A DNA stretch of 64,000 nt, taken from contig OZ024746.1 in assembly GCA_964016885.1 (NCBI GenBank), positions 102,486,001-102,550,000 of the forward strand, in the 5' to 3' direction. The first letter of the stretch is position 1; every line of letters starts with the position of its first letter. Of the stretch, positions 1-13,214 are shown one piece after another. Made by a program: the position numbers and the translations under genes. The DNA comes from Eledone cirrhosa (Eukaryota). The notes beneath the pieces were generated by a model that was not told the origin of the DNA, made no database searches, and was given only the letters and a program-made list of their open reading frames with translations.

Positions 1-938
1 ATACACATACATATATATATACATAATATACATATACATACATACATACACATAAGCATATACACATTCATATACACATATACACAAGCATATATACATA
101 TACACAAGTATATATACATATACACAAGTATATATACATATACACAAGTATATATACATATACACAAGTATATATACATATACACGAGTATATATACATA
201 TACACGAGTATATATACATATACACGAGTATATATACATATACACGAGTATATATACATATACACGAGTATATATACATATACACGAGTATATATACATA
301 TACACGAGTATATATACATATACACGAGTATATATACATATACACGAGTATATATACATATACACGAGTATATATACATATACACGAGTATATATACATA
401 TACACGAGTATATATACATATACACGAGTATATATACATATACACGAGTATATATACATATACACAAGTATATATACATATACACAAGTATATATACATA
501 TACACAAGTATATATACATATACATACATACATATATACATATACATACATACATATATACATATACATACATACATATATACATATACATACATATACA
601 TACATATATACACATACATACATATATACATATACATACATATATACATATACATACACACATATACATACATATACACATACACATATACATACATATA
701 CACATATACACATACACATACATATACACACATATACACATACATACATATACATACATACATATACATATACATACACATACATATACATACACATATA
801 TACATATACACATATATACATATACACATATATACATATACACATACACACATATATACATACACACATATATACATATACACATATATATACATACATA
901 CACACACATATGCATACATATATATATATACATACATA
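1..938. repeat. 20-bp minisatellite (TACAC[A/G]AGTATATATACATA, ~22 copies at ~81-520) grading into TACA/TA microsatellite
   Basis: Periodicity read directly from the sequence. Confidence 0.97.
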
Positions 939-939
939 A

Positions 940-3900
940 AAACAAATTCACCTCATGGACGAGAATGCAAGGGCTCCTCCTCTTTGTTTCGGTCGTGGAT
1001 GGCTAACATAACCCATCTCCCCCATTTCCCCCCGCTCCCACCCTCCAAACGCAATCCAAAACTTCAGAGTTGGTACCATGAATGTAGGCACCTTAAAGGG
1101 TCGCTCTAATGAGGTTGTAGAAATGCTTGAACGTAAGGAGGTCGATGTTTGTTGTATTCAAGAGACCAGGTGGAGGGGTGGGTCTGCTAGATTCATCGTG
1201 GGTAAAGAACGATGCTATAAGCTTTTCTTGGTGGGAAATGACGATGGGCTGGGTGGAGTAGGAATCATGGTAGCAGAAAAGTGGGCAGATAAGATAATAG
1301 ACGTAAATAGAGTGAACGACAGAATAATTAAAATAAGACTTGTCCTCAATAGAACTACGGTGACAGTAATATCTGCGTACGCACCCCAATCCGGACTGCC
1401 CGGCACTATAAAAGACAGATTCTATGAGACACTGATGCTCACTACCTCCCAAATAACCAACAGTGACTATATAATTATTGCTGGCAACCTAAATGGTCAC
1501 GTTGGACAACATTGTGACGGCTATGACGGAATCCATGGAGGCTATGGGTTTGGTACTAGAAATGAGGAAGGCTCCAGAATCCTGGAATTCTGTGACGCAA
1601 ATAACCTAACTATCTGTAACACTAACTTCAAAAAACGAGACAATCACTTGATCACCTATAGATAGGGGGACACACAAGCCAGGTAGATTATATCCTTACC
1701 AGGAGACGTGACAGAGTGTCTGTTGTAAACACTAAATCCCTCCCCCATGAAGAATGCACGTCTCAACATAGACTCATAATTAGCGACCTCATAGTCAGGA
1801 CGAGACGTATTCGACAACAGAAGAGGACTATCCTCAGGAGAAAAATATGGAAATTAAAGGACCCCACAGCCAGTAATAAATTTAAAAGCATATTACTTGA
1901 TGCTTTTGATAGTAAGGAAGAGCAATTAGAGTTGTACAATATAGAGGAAGAGTGGGAATTCCTGAAAGCTAACCTGTTGAAGGCGACAGATGAAACCTGT
2001 GGCTGGAGCAGGCCTCTAGACAGGAGGAGAGTAACTTGGTGGTGGAACAGTAAGGTGGAGAGGTCAATCAAGGCTGGAAAGCATGGCGGGATGGGGGAAG
2101 TAGAGAAGACTATCAAGTGGCCAGGAGGGAAGCTAGGAGACAAGTGTACTTCGCAAGAAGGGAAGCAGAGGAAAGAAAGTTCAAGCATGTTCTACAACGC
2201 GAGGACCAAAAACGTGAGGTGTTCAGGATTGCTAGGCAATGTGTCAAGGAAAACAGTGATATTGTCGGGGAGAAGTGTGTCCTAAATGATGATGGTGTAC
2301 TTGCCATCACTGACGCTGATAAGAAGGTAGCTTGGAAGTGTCACTACGAAAGGCTACTAAATGAGGAGAATAATTGGGAGAAAGACAGTCTCCCCCACAT
2401 CGACCCAATAGAGGGACCAGCAGTGAAATTTGAAGGTAGTATAATAAGTAAGGCGATCAAAGACATGAAGACGGGCAAGGCGTCCGGGCCTTCGGAAATA
2501 GTTGCCGAAATGCTGAAAGCATCTGGAACGGTGGGACACAGTATGGTCACCCGGATAGTAAACCAAGTCATACAGAATGGGGTCGTTCCGAAGGACTGGC
2601 GCAGCAGCATCATCATTAACTGCTACAAGGGTAAAGGTGATGCCCTAGATAGGGGGAAACTATAGAGGCATTAAATTAATTGACCAGGTCATGAAGGTCA
2701 CAGAAAAAGTAATAGCGCAACTAATCAGAGAGCGAATTGATCTAGACGAAATGCAGTTCGGGTTTGTGTCAGGTAAAAGTACAACAGACGCTCTTTTCAT
2801 TGTACAACATCTACAGGAGAAGTATCTAGCTAAAAGTAAACCCCTATACTTAGCTTTTGTTGACTTGGAGAAAGCCTTTGACAGAGTACCCCGCTTGATT
2901 ATCTGGTGAGCCCTTAGAAAACTAGGTGTTGATGAATGGCTTGTGAGAGCTATACAAGCCATGTATAAAGAAACAGTCAGCAAGGTTAGAATTAACAACG
3001 AATATAGTGAAGAGTTTAGCGTAAAAGTTGGTGTTCATCAGGGCTCCGTCCTTAGCCCCCTACTATTTATTATTGCTCTTCAGGCTATAACAGAGGAGTT
3101 CAAGACCGGCTGCCCATGGGAACTCCTATATGCAGATGATCTAACGCTCATAGCTGAATCAATGGCTGAACTAGAAAATAAATTCCAAACATGGAAGCAT
3201 GGCCTAGAATCAAAAGGCCTTAAAGTTAACTTGTCTAAGACTAAAGTTTGTAGGAAGGAAAATAGGGCACCGGTCCCATCTGGGAAATGGCCATGCTCAG
3301 TGTGTAGGAAAGGAGTAGGTAGAAACTCCATGTTATGTCCCAAATACAAAGTATGGCTACATAAAAGATGTAGTGGGATCACAGGTAAGCTAACTAAGAA
3401 TATAGATTTTATATGTGGCCGGTGCTCTGGTGCAATAAGTAGCACACAAGTGCCCACAGAATACTAACTCATTCCATTGCACAGATGGTTCTATAGAAAT
3501 AGTGGACAGCTTCCGTTACCTGGGTGATAAAATCAGCAGTGGGGGAGGGTGCTCTGAAAGTACAGTAGCTAGAGTCAGAACGGGATGGAAAAAGTTAAGA
3601 GAGCTTATACTACTATTGGCCGTTAAAGGGTTCTCTCTAAAAATGAAAGGCAGGCTGTATGATGCCTGCATACGAACAGCAATGTTACATGGCAGTGAGA
3701 CCTAGGCATTGTGTGCAGAGGATATACGCAGGCTGGAGAGAAACGAAGCTTGCATTCTCCGCTGGATGTGTAATAGTAATATACGTGAACGGCAAAGCAT
3801 AAACGAAATAAGGGAGAAATTAGAAATAAGAGGGATCAGATGTTTACTCGAGAGAAGACTATGTTGGTATGGTCACGTGATGCGCATGAAAGACGACAGC

Positions 3901-4465
3901 TGTATAAAAATGTGCAGGGCAATAAAAATAAACGGTAGCCACGGAGTAGGCAGACCCAGAAAAACCTGGGACGACTTGATAAATTCCGACCTCACACACT
4001 TACACCTCTCCAAGACAATGTCACTGGACCGAGTTCTTTGGCGCTACACAGTAATAGAGAAGACCCGCCTTACCTAAGTACAAAGTGAAACCTACTACAG
4101 TCAGTAGGCACCTCTAACAAAATACACCCCCGTCCCATTACCCCCACTCCATCCACACCACCCCTTTCAATGTAAAGTTATGTTGGTACCACAACATCCA
4201 GCCCGAAACAAATGAGGTCGTGTAGGTGTCACGACAAAAGCACACACAGTCCACGCTGTAATGTGGGCGTGTAGGTAACACGGTAAAAACCTCCCAGTTC
4301 CACACTGTAAATGTGGTTGGTGTTAGGAAGGGCATCCAACCGTAGAAAACCCGCCAGACAGTCCTATGCGAGCAAGACAACCACTCTTGCCTCAAGTGGG
4401 AAAATTCCCGTCCAAACCCATGCGAGCGTGGAATATGGACGTTAAACGAAGATCATGATGATGAT
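940..4465 (+). mobile_element. Near-full-length decayed RTE-clade non-LTR retrotransposon
   Basis: APE endonuclease (NVGTL, CIQETRW, SAYAPQ, AGNLNGHVG), RT (QFGF, AFVDLEKAFD, GVHQGSVLSP, LLYADD), Cys/His finger, RTE C-terminus (RRLCWYGHVMRM, GRPRKTW). 3' UTR ends in a (GAT)n tail; TACA repeats lie on both sides. Confidence 0.95.
1078..4077 (+). pseudogene. Disrupted RTE APE-RT polyprotein ORF
   Basis: Consecutive ORF pieces 1078-1665, 1716-, 2117-2665, 2691-2909, 2943-3467, 3502-3705 and 3709-4077 are in correct domain order, broken by frameshifts and stops (TGA 2907, TAG 3703). Confidence 0.92.
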
Positions 4466-4611
4466 ACATATATACATATATACATACATACACATATATA
4501 CATATACACACACACACATACATACACACATACATACATACACATACATTAGTATTCACACATACATATACATACCAGTACCCATACATATATATATATA
4601 TATATATCAGT

Positions 4612-4738
4612 ATTTCGAGTACGGCCACTACATTATATTCATGTAGGAGAACCCCTACCGATGCGCTGAACGAGTGTGACTTTTTAGTCCAGCCAGCGAC
4701 TTGAAAACTCTTGTACAAACACTACACTTGTGATAATT
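4612..4738 (-). mobile_element. 3'-end fragment of a LINE-derived element encoding a C2H2 finger
   Basis: Reverse complement aligns with 37826-37952 (HKCSVCTRVFKSLAG...HTRSAHR plus the same tail). Confidence 0.75.
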
Positions 4739-5473
4739 ATATATCTATCTATCTACCTACATATCTATCAATTATATATCTATCTACCTACATATCTATT
4801 TATGTATCTCAAAACCTTTTGCAACGTCTATCTTGAGATGTTAAACACCCTCTTACGCCATATCATGCTTGTTTGCCAAGGGGAGATAATTACATGATTG
4901 ACTTTGACACGTGCGTACACACCAAACAAACTTAGACACACCCACATACAGCAATGGTAGACGAACGGCGCTGAATTTGATTTTCGGTGAAAACGTAACA
5001 AGTTGTGTTTCATTGTTTGAACAAACGGACCACTATTATTTCTTCTGGAAACTTTTTTTTATTTATTCTTACCCTCCTTTCTCGTCCATGGGAGCAAATA
5101 AGACATTTATTTTACAAGAGAGTCACTTCAGAAAATTACGCTATCAATATTGATACAGCACATAATAGTGATAACCATTTCAATGCAACAACTTAAACAA
5201 CAATAATATTAATGATATAAGGAAAAAGAGTTCAGAGGAAATTTAACAGAAGAAAGAAGAAATGAATTAAGAGAGGAAACTAGAATTTCTCAATGAACCA
5301 AGACGAGGAAGACAAAGGTATGCTAAACATGTGTTTAATTAACATTACAAATTGTTCAGTTCTTTCAGAATGAAAATAAAAACACATAATACAATGTGTA
5401 TAAAAATATCTCTATTTGATTTCTAGCTTCGAAAAACTGTCAATTTATTTATGAAAATGCAAAGGAACGGTTG

Positions 5474-5720
5474 AACATCAGAGCAAAAGACAGCAGCGAG
5501 GGGTAAATTTTTCAGCCTGTGGGGAGTCGGGCCGCTGACTGCGAGGTTCCTCTCTTCACTGGCGGCTCGCCTAATAGAGGTAACTGGCGAGGGCGCTTGT
5601 TTCTTCCAGCACCCCAGCCTCGCCATCACTCGAGGTAACACTGCCAGTGTGCTGGCTTGCCTTAAAAATCATTAGAGAGGTTGCCCAGTACCCCTGGCTG
5701 CTGTCTTTTGCTCTGGTGTT
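5474..5720. mobile_element. MITE-like element with 32-bp inverted repeats
   Basis: 5474-5505 vs 5689-5720 match 30/32 as an inverted repeat around a GC-richer core. Confidence 0.6.
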
Positions 5721-6146
5721 GGCTCCGTTTTCCACCCCTTCAATTTATACTGTTACTTAAGCATTTGTAGTGTTATGTATATATTTAAAACATTTATGTT
5801 ATTCTACTGTAAATTTATTTATATTCTTTGTATATATCATATGTGTTTATATTTTCACTCCCATTTGTAACGTTATTTAATATATAATAAGTGTTTCTAC
5901 TTTTGGCACAAGGCCGGCAAATATTCAGTGTATTACTGGTACTTTATTTAATATATAATAACATTTCAAATTGTAAGATGTAAATAATTGTTCCAAATGT
6001 ATTTAGTTGTTAACAAACTATCAAATTTCTCTTTTATTCAGTTGTATAAATAACATTAGAAATCGTTTGCAATTCTTTCAGAATGAAAATATAAACAGAG
6101 CATATAAATAAATTTACAGTAGAATAACATAAATATGTTTTAAATA

Positions 6147-6200
6147 CAGTGGTACCTTGAGATACGAGTGAACCGACATACGATTTTTTTTTAGATACGA
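6147..6200 (+). mobile_element. Tigger/pogo-like terminal inverted repeat end
   Basis: TA|CAGTGGTACCTTGAGATACGAG resembles Tc1/mariner-Tigger ends; the partner end was not found. Confidence 0.45.
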
Positions 6201-6599
6201 GCTAGCGCGTGCCTGCTGCTTGATTTTTACATGTTAATTTTCTGACATGCTTCATTTTTACACGAAAAAACATTGAATTTTTAGAATAAATATTTATTAA
6301 AATATTAACAGAGAAAATTAGATTTTTGATTTAATTTTTTAACAAAATAAATATTTATTTACAGTTTTTCACAGAAAAACTATGCTTCATTTTTACATGA
6401 ATATTTATTTACAGTTTTTAACAGAAAAAATATTGCTGCGAAATACATTTTTTTTTTTTAACAGATTTACAGTTTTTAACAGAAAAAAAATTCTTTAAAC
6501 ACTATATTGTTGCGATATACAGTAAATTTTTTTTACCGGTGCAATTTTATGCGTGATGTATGTAGTGAATGGGTTGAGCAAAATCCGGCGATACTCGGT

Positions 6600-6830
6600 G
6601 GTCTTGATTCTGCCGAGACTGCTGCCTCTCATTGAAAGGCACTGTGCAAATGGATCTATGATCCATACAGATGAGTGGCGGGTATGCCTGGTCGTTATAC
6701 ACATCTCACTGTCAATCGTTCAAAGCATTTCGTTGATCCCATATCAAGTACACACACGCAAAATATTGAGGGGTGTACCAGCCGACCAATATTTCAGTCG
6801 TATTTAAGGGAGTTTCAGTGGCAATGTCAC
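6600..6830 (+). pseudogene. Merlin/IS1595(ISXO2)-like DDE transposase fragment
   Basis: LLPLIERHCANGSMIHTDEWR, then after a frameshift YTHLTVNRSKHFVDPISSTHTQNIEG. Confidence 0.8.
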
Positions 6831-7489
6831 GTATCCAACTGGTGAAGGTAAATGTTTCGAAAAAAATGTAGGTGTTCTAATGCAGTTTATATATAATATC
6901 GTCTATGCAAATGTTGGTATTGTGAAGTGCGACGTAGTTCCACTACGCATTAAAACAAACATTTGCATACGCAATAATGTCAAACTGACCAATGGGAGGT
7001 TGCGTATGAATACATGGGCAGTCTCACTCTCTTGTTAAAAACCCGACACAGTTGACGCGTACCAGACAGACCGACACAGTTGACGCGTGAAGATGTATCT
7101 ATAAAAAATGGTGACCTGGCTGTAAAGAATACATCCTTCACACACATAAAAAAAAAATGTCGAGTTTACAATAACACAATATTTTGTTTGCACATGGCAT
7201 TTTTGTCCAATGTGGCGACTCACCTCCTATTTCTTCATCACTTATTCCCGCGCTTTTACTTTGGCCAACTGTTTCAAGGATACTACGGACTTCAAAAGAT
7301 TATTTTTAAATGTTTTGTTCGCAACTATTTTGTTAAAGTTTACGAACGTCTTTGATGAACACCTTGGCGACTATACACCTACACAGCTCTTACGCTGATA
7401 ACATTTTGGAGTACTCCGGCAATTCGACCACTACTACGCCTTCACGACTTGCATGAAAACTAGGCAACAAACTTTTAAATATTCTGTTC

Positions 7490-7665
7490 CGAGGGACTTT
7501 CCTCGTGGACCCATGTTTTTGTCAGAAATGACGGTGAGAAGACCTCTCACTCCACCTTATTCTGGACCCTATCGTGTACTTGCACGTAGAGATAAACATT
7601 TCACCTTTGACTTTAATGGACATAAAGACACACTCTATTGACAGACTAAAGCGGGCCTACACAGA
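7490..7665 (+). pseudogene. Ty3/Gypsy integrase C-terminal (GPY/F) fragment
   Basis: RRPLTPPYSGPYRVLARRDKHF...SIDRLKRAY across a frameshift. Confidence 0.75.
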
Positions 7666-8474
7666 TGCTCTCACATCAGAGCCTCATACTCCCCTCTGCT
7701 ACAATGTGTCAATACAAGCACCACCGCAAACACCACAATCACATTCAAACACTCCTTTACTTTCAACATACATCAAACTGACCAATGGGAAGTTGCGTAT
7801 GACAGACCGAACTGACTTGCAGATGATACATCGCGCGAAAATTTATTGTAAAATGACTCCTACAATCCTTTTCGACAAATAAAATTATATTTATAGAGGA
7901 GTGAGCATTGAAGAGCTATTTATTTATATCCTGGAAGTCAGCAGCATTTACTACCGATAAGAAGCTACCAACTCTTCGATTAAGGTATTTCAATTATATC
8001 ACTTATAACTAATATCCTTCGAAGACCTATAACAACAATGTAAAATCATATAGATAATATTTAGCCCCTCATCCTTATCTATAAATGTATCATTTATCAC
8101 ATAAGACAGTGTAACACAGTCTTCGTTCAACTAATGTGTATATTGTCAATTGCGATTTTATTTGACGTATCATATCTACATGTATATATACTTGCGTATA
8201 ATATCAATATACACACTACACATGCTAGCAGAAAACCACTCGTAGTATATATATATATAGCGTAGAGTGTAGCTAGTGTATGTATGTATATATAAGTATG
8301 TATGTATATATATGTGTGTGTAAAAATGTCAATAATGACCTTTTTTTTTTTTTTTTGACAAAAAACTTGAATTTAAGTTGTCATGTTTACCTTAATTAAC
8401 ATTTTAAAAGAAAAGTTGGTTATTTTGACATCCCCCCCCTCCCCAAACTAAAAACAAGACATAAAAATTTAAAT

Positions 8475-9290
8475 TTAAGTTTTAATTGTAAAAGTAACAT
8501 TATCATATTTTAGCTCCTTGAGTTCCTTAAGTGCGTATTTCAGCTCGTATTCCCCATTTTCTAAACACAATGCTTTTGCAACCGAATCTTCACTCATTGA
8601 ATTCTGTATTCGTAGACCTGACTTTTCCCAGCAATTTACAATTGTCTCTTTTACAACCGAATCCCATGCCTGGACTGACCAAAAATACCATGCAATAACT
8701 GTTTTTACTTTTGCCAGCAATTATTCCAGTGCATCACTGGTACTTTATTTATCGACCCTATAAGGATGAAAGGCCAAGTTGAACTCGGAAAATAAAGGGG
8801 CGTAACTCATGACGTTCCTTTTAAATTGACACTTTCACATCTTTATTAACCAACTTTATTAATAAAAATCGTATTGTAGTTGCTTTTGAATGACCAAATT
8901 ATTCCTTGGTCTAAAGGTTGTAATTTTGTAGTTGTGTTCGAGGGTAGAAAAAAAAAGTTTTATATTTTAAAAGCTTTGTTTGTGGCATGCTGCATTATCA
9001 AGGAGCAATAATACTTTTCTCTATTGTTTAAAAAATTCGTAATTGATTTCTTTTAGGTAAAATGAAAATATATTGTCTGTCATCCATCCGTAATGTTCTT
9101 TTTATAATAAAATTCCTGTTTAGAAATGTCAATATTCTTGAAACAACGAGGTTTAAGGCTTTTTTCAGTAAAAAGGGGTTTAAACTTTTCACCAGTTGCA
9201 CTACATGTGAATAGTACTGTAATTCTCTTTTGATTCCTCTAATTTTGTATTATCATCGTTAAGAAAAACATAACTTTTAGTCCCTCTCCT
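8475..9290 (-). pseudogene. Tigger/pogo DDE_1 transposase relic interrupted by a SINE fragment
   Basis: Minus-strand translations KRITVLFTCSATGEKF, GWMTDNIF, VLLLLDNAA, NTTTKLQPLDQGIIWSFKSN, AWDSVVKETIVNCWEKSG. Confidence 0.88.
8712..8790 (-). mobile_element. Fragment of the tRNA-derived SINE family
   Basis: Matches 51445-51520 (ACTGGTACTTTATTT..ATCGACCC..AAGGATGAAAGGC). Confidence 0.8.
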
Positions 9291-9940
9291 TATTCCTACC
9301 CTTTGTCTCATCCTCGAATCCATATTCTCAGTCCCTGTCTCCTATTCCTTATCTCTCTATCTCTTACTTTTTATTATTTATTTAATCCTTTGATATTTTA
9401 TTATACAACTTGCCTTTTTATTTTGCTGAAACATATATCGTATTCCTTTTCATGTTATTGTTATCATTATTGTCATCACTATTTTACACATCCACTTACT
9501 CACCACTATAACTTCTACTATTATCAGAAACCGTATTTTGTACTTATTTTTTATATCGTCATTCTTTCTTCTTTATACTTTTATTATTGTTTATCTTTTA
9601 TTATTGATGTTTTCGTTTTCATTCACTCGATTCTCTGATGTATCTATAAATGCTAATGCCATGTGTTACACCCTCCAGTATTCCGATGATTTTATCAGAG
9701 CCACACACTGTATTTAAGGTCGAGTGATTAGCGACTTTTAGACTCACCTGTTCAATGAAACAATTGTTAGTACTGTAAATAAAACCCTTTTTATACAGCC
9801 GACCATCTTACTCTTCATTCTTTCACTACTATTACTCCAAGATCGACCTGCATGGGAATTATTGCAAACTCGCTACCTAAGTAAGGAAACCTCTCACTGG
9901 ATTACCTAAAACGATAACTTGTTATCCCATGTGTATATAT

Positions 9941-10470
9941 CATCATCATCGTTTAAAGTCTATCTTCCACGCTAGCATGGGTTTAGACGGGAGATGTCCC
10001 ACTTGAGGCAAGATTGGTTTTTCTCGCTCGTATAGGACTGTCTGGCAGGTTTTCTACGGTTGGGTGCCCTTCCTAACACCAACCACGTTTAGTGTGGACT
10101 GGGAGGTTTTTACCGTGTTACCTACACGGGCACATTACAGCGTGGAGATTTTTTTTTTTTTTTTTTTTTTTTTTTGTCGTGACATCTACACGACCTCATT
10201 TATTTAGGGCTAGATGTTGTGGTACCAACATAACTTTACAGAGAAAGAGGTTGGAGGAGAGGGTAGTGGGATGCGGGTGTATTTTTGGTTAAGAGGTGCC
10301 TACTGACGAGGTTTCGCGTTGTACATAGACAAATCAGGTCTTCTGTATTACTGCGTAGTGCCAAAGATCTCTGTCCAGTGACATTGTCTTGGAGAGATGT
10401 ATGTAAGGTCGGAATTTATCAGATCGTCCCAGGTTTTTCTGGGTCTGCCTACTCCGTAACTTCCATCAAT
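9941..10470 (-). mobile_element. 5'-truncated RTE copy, same family as 940-4465
   Basis: Reverse complement of the ORF end, 3' UTR and (GAT)n tail at ~3925-4465. Confidence 0.92.
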
Positions 10471-10677
10471 TTTGATATATATATATATGTGTGTGTATAT
10501 ATTTGTCCTGGGTATGACATTAAACTACATCCAGTGGCAAGGCTCAAGTTCAGGAGGAACTGTGGGGAACGTGGAGTTACCCCCTTAGTTGTCATAACTC
10601 CCAGGTCTGCTCTGGCCTGGTGTAGTAGTACCTGTTAGGGCCCCTTTTATAGGTTAAATAATAAGATGACAGATCGG

Positions 10678-11165
10678 GGTACCCCTATCAAAGGCCTTCT
10701 CTAGGTCAACAAAGGCTAAGTATAGTGGCTTATTTTTCTCTAAGAACCTCTCTTGTAATTGTCTCATCAAGAAGAGGGCATCTGTTGTACTATTCCCAGG
10801 CACAAAACCAAACTGCATCTCATCTAGTTTGACCCTTTCTCTAATTAGTTGTGCTAATATCCTTTCTGCCACTTTCATAACCTGATCCATCAGTTTTATA
10901 CCCCTATAATTTCTCCTCTCAAGAGCATCCCCTTTACTTTTGCACTAGTCTTTGGGTATGACACTGCCATATATAGCCTGATTGATGTGTGCAACCAGTT
11001 TAGTGCCTACGTCCCCTGAGGCCTTCAGCATCTCAACAACTATCTCCGATGGTCCAGCAGCCTCACCATTTTTCATTTCCTTAATTGCCTCTTGGACCCT
11101 ATATTCGTCAATCTCAATAGCTGGTTCTTCTGTCTGATCTACTGAGGGTAATTTCTCTCTCTCCA
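10678..11165 (-). pseudogene. RTE RT N-terminal fragment (repeated in every array unit, e.g. 13930-14410)
   Basis: MDQVMKVAERILAQLIRERVKLDEMQFGFVPG...AFVDLEKAFDR is homologous to 2400-2890. Confidence 0.92.
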
Positions 11166-11173
11166 ATGTATAT

Positions 11174-11210
<37 letters not shown>

Positions 11211-11382
11211 CTTGAAATATTTGTAAATGTCTGAGAGATTGGCTAAATGTTTTACAGTGTACTGTGCCACTAAACTGCACCATACTAAATCACACTACAC
11301 TACACTGCACTGTACTGTTCACGCTAACGCTACTGTTTTCTATTTTGCAGTTATGATCAGTAAGAGAAAGGAAGTTATTTCA

Positions 11383-12730
11383 ACAAAAGCTAAGTATAGT
11401 GGCTTCTAATAACCTCTCTTGTAGTTGTCTCGCTAAGAGGGTATCTGTTGCACTTTTCCCAGGCACATAACCAAACTGCATCGCATCTAGTTGGACCCTT
11501 TCTATAATTAGTTGCGCTAATATCCTTTCTGCCACTTTCACAACCTGATCCATCAGCTTTATTCCTCTATAATTGCTCATGTCCAGAGCATCTCCTTTAC
11601 CTTTGTAGCAATTTACGAGAATATTGCTGCAGCAGTCTTTGAGTACAAAACCGACATATATAGCCTGATTTGATGAAGCGTGCAACCAGTTGAGTGCCTA
11701 TGTCCCCTGATGCCTGCAGCATCTCGGCAACTATTCCTGACGGTCCAGCGGCCTTACCATTATTCATTTCCTTAATCGCCTCTTAGACCATATATTCGTC
11801 AATCTGAATAGCTGATCCCTCTGTCGGATGTACTGGGGGGGTAATTTCTCTCTTTCTCACATTGGGTCTCCACATTCATCAGTCTCTCTTAATGACATTT
11901 CCAGGCCTTTTTTTTCTGACCATCCGTAAAACTAAGTACGCCGGCATCATTAAGCAGACAAACTTAATCTCGATTTGCACTGACACACAGCCTCGCAATA
12001 CGGAACACGGCGCGTCTTTGATCTTCTTGTCGAGCAGCCTCCTTGCGTGCTAAGTACACCTAACCTCTAGCTTCTCTCTTAGCGGCTGTATATTCTTCTC
12101 TACTCGCACTAATTTTGCAAGCATTCCATGCTAGTCTTTAGTCTCCAATGGCCCGATCTACCGTGCTGTCCCACCACCATGTCACTCTCTGTCTGGTTGG
12201 AACTCTGATCCAGCCACAAGTTTCATCAGTAACCTGCAGTAAGGTATCGCATAAGAAATTCCAGTTATCATCTATGTTGTACGACTCTAAATCGTCTTCT
12301 TTTTCATCATACACATATTGAAGGGCTTTCCTAAATTTGTATTTTAGTGAGAGCTCTTTTAGCTTCCAGACCTTTCTTTTTTCCACACCTTCCTGTATGT
12401 CTCATTCAGTCTCTTGCTTGGGGTACATTCTTCCCCGGGGTATGCCTTTGTATTTGACACCATCTGCCTGTCCCGCTGCCTAACTAGCAAGAAGTCAATC
12501 TGGCTTATGTGCTTGCCTGATTTGTAGGTTATTAGGTGGTTGGCAGATTTGTGTAAGTTAGTGTTGTAGATGGTTAGTGCAATTGCATCGCAAAATTCAA
12601 GAAGTTTCACTGCTTCATTTCTTAAGCCGTAAGTGTGCCCAACATGTACCTCAGTGTAACCATCGTAGAGCTGTCCAACATGACCATTGAAATCCCCTGC
12701 TAGCATAACGATGTCTCCGTCCTGTCATTG
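11383..12730 (-). pseudogene. RTE endonuclease-linker-RT fragment (the EN/linker part recurs in each unit, e.g. 15440-16255)
   Basis: AGDFNGHVG, LLEFCDA, HLITYKSG..SQIDFLLVR, TWWWDS, NCYKGKGDALD motifs. Confidence 0.92.
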
Positions 12731-12906
12731 TGGCTGTTTGTAAAAATTGCTTGTAAATGCAGAATTTCTTTTCTTTACCTAGCAGCAGTTTCTTGCTCTC
12801 AATTAACCCTAAAACTAGCCGTAACGCTAACAGTAACACTAACCGTAACACTAACTTATGCAGGCCTAGGTAAAGACGAGAAAGATAAAACAAGGAGTGA
12901 TGCTAT

Positions 12907-13135
12907 TTGAATTTCGTGATGCAAGTGTTTTAACCATTTGCAAAACCAACTTCCGTAAACCTGCCAACTGCCTAATAACCTACAAATTAGGCAAGCACAG
13001 AAGCCGGATTTCTCGGTAGTTAGGCAGCGAGACAGACAGATGGTGTGAAGTACCAGGGTGTGCCCCGGGGAGGACTGTTTCCCACAGCGTGGGTTGGTTG
13101 TTGGTGATGTCTCGGTGATCCTGAGACGGAGTGAG
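12907..13135 (+). mobile_element. Sense-orientation RTE endonuclease fragment forming an inverted repeat with 12400-12600; present in all 8 units
   Basis: ~230 nt aligns by eye at roughly 75-80% to the reverse complement of the upstream EN fragment. Confidence 0.88.
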
Positions 13136-13214
13136 GAGGGTGTTTATAGGTAAATAGATAGACTGATGCACAGATATCTGGATAGATTGATAGAGAGATA
13201 GATATATAGAGAGC

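Noticed and set aside
81-520. CRISPR-like regular repeats
   Set aside because: Head-to-tail 20-mers without spacers, no cas genes, eukaryotic context.
68-937. 289-aa minus-strand ORF (likewise 55661-56440 and 50490-51070)
   Set aside because: Translations of microsatellite or minisatellite sequence.
9664-9930. Possible solo LTR (TGTTAC start, AATAAA)
   Set aside because: No partner LTR, clear 3' end or target-site duplication.
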